Part shown: positions 63,516 through 64,000 of the stretch, in pieces
Layout of the letters: every line of letters starts with the position of its first letter
Position numbering within the stretch: the stretch's first letter is position 1
Source: Dehalococcoidia bacterium
GTDB lineage: Bacteria; Chloroflexota; Dehalococcoidia; UBA6926
Reading direction: 5' to 3'
DNA: 64,000 nt
Assembly: GCA_045562535.1 (NCBI GenBank)
Contig: JBJKVP010000006.1
Coordinates: 88,413 to 152,412 of the forward strand
Translations under genes and position numbers: made by a program
The notes under the pieces: model-generated
Database searches by the model: none
Seen by the model: the letters and a program-made list of their open reading frames with translations, nothing else
What the model was told of the DNA's origin: nothing

Positions 63516-64000
63516 CTAAGATTTTGGTATTTCACAGAAGTCACTGGAACTGACTGCTTTTCCTTCAAGTAGTTTTTGCGTCTCAGCACCGAATAGGTTG
63601 GCCCAACATATTCCGTGGCTAGCTGTTGCAGCGTACTGAGGGAAATCTCTCTCCATTATCTCTGATACATTATTTTTCTCACGCAAATCATAGACCCCGA
63701 AGTCTAAATAAGTATTGGTGGAATGCCCTATGGCGTACCCCAATACCTCTCCCGACTCTACGAAGTATTGGCCATCTGGCATGAAGGTTTCCCTTGAATC
63801 ATTTACTAGCACTGGTACGCTTGCAGTGATTTCGGACCATCGGTCAGTGATTTGGGCAATATGATCTATCATGATTTTTATTCCGCAAGGATGATGAAAA
63901 TGAAGCTTGACCTGCTCTTCATCTGTAGAAGTTTTTCCATGAACGGAGTAGTCCTGCAGCCGACGGCTTGCAGCATATAGACTGAATCCTTCAGCAGGAA
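63516..64000 (-). CDS. partial CDS (N-terminus off-window), paralogue of the two lipoproteins above
   Basis: The frame stays open from 64000 down to the TAG at 63516, and the ORF-track ATG at 63872 is internal. Contains MIDHIAQ and GEVLGYAIGHSTNTYLDFGVYDL. Confidence 0.5.
   Translation of the reverse strand, partial: PAEGFSLYAASRRLQDYSVHGKTSTDEEQVKLHFHHPCGIKIMIDHIAQITDRWSEITASVPVLVNDSRETFMPDGQYFVESGEVLGYAIGHSTNTYLDFGVYDLREKNNVSEIMERDFPQYAATASHGICWANLFGAETQKLLEGKAVSSSDFCEIPKS

Overview
Gene-dense, moderately AT-rich chromosomal window with about 60 CDS, 4 tRNA genes and one tRNA fragment. I found no rRNA, CRISPR array, transposase or integrase. The gene content suggests a marine aerobic heterotroph with monoderm-type replication and SOS features, most compatible with SAR202-like Chloroflexota. 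That assignment is inference only, from the DnaD/DnaI-type loader genes, a GAAC-N4-GTTC box before uvrA, Alternative Complex III, several family-III CoA-transferases, DinB-family and MFS paralogues.

Housekeeping genes: trpD, nadX, metH, purL, rplI-dnaB-dnaD-like-dnaC-like, uvrA, a mutY-like gene, pncB, msrB, mazG.
Respiration: a 7-gene ACIII cluster at 32.5-40.2 kb.
Catabolism: a CoA-transferase / enoyl-CoA hydratase / CMD / FAD-monooxygenase cluster at 13-20.5 kb, and a thiolase-like + DUF35 pair at 51.6-53.3 kb.
Right-hand 9 kb: a run of secreted lipoproteins.

Most notable observations:
1. Two genes carry an in-frame TGA at an active-site Cys position, each followed by a hairpin. One is a membrane-anchored thioredoxin-fold protein (motif U-L-G-C). 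The other is a thiolase-superfamily protein (TGA at the CxG-loop position, perfect 7-bp hairpin 9 nt downstream). Both are candidate selenoproteins. The alternatives are pseudogenes or sequence errors.
2. Three tandem lipoprotein metalloprotease genes share a near-identical ~300-nt 5' cassette (SD, lipobox signal, 4-6 copies of KKEEPK(P/A)EP) fused to different catalytic domains.
3. A 33-bp direct repeat containing a Cheo-type SOS box lies before uvrA and before a small-ORF cassette.
4. There is a covalently duplicated family-III CoA-transferase and a covalently duplicated DnaC/DnaI-like AAA+ loader.
5. A half-tRNA-Arg repeat brackets a TauE permease gene.

All functional calls come from motif and sequence recognition by eye. 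No database search was run.
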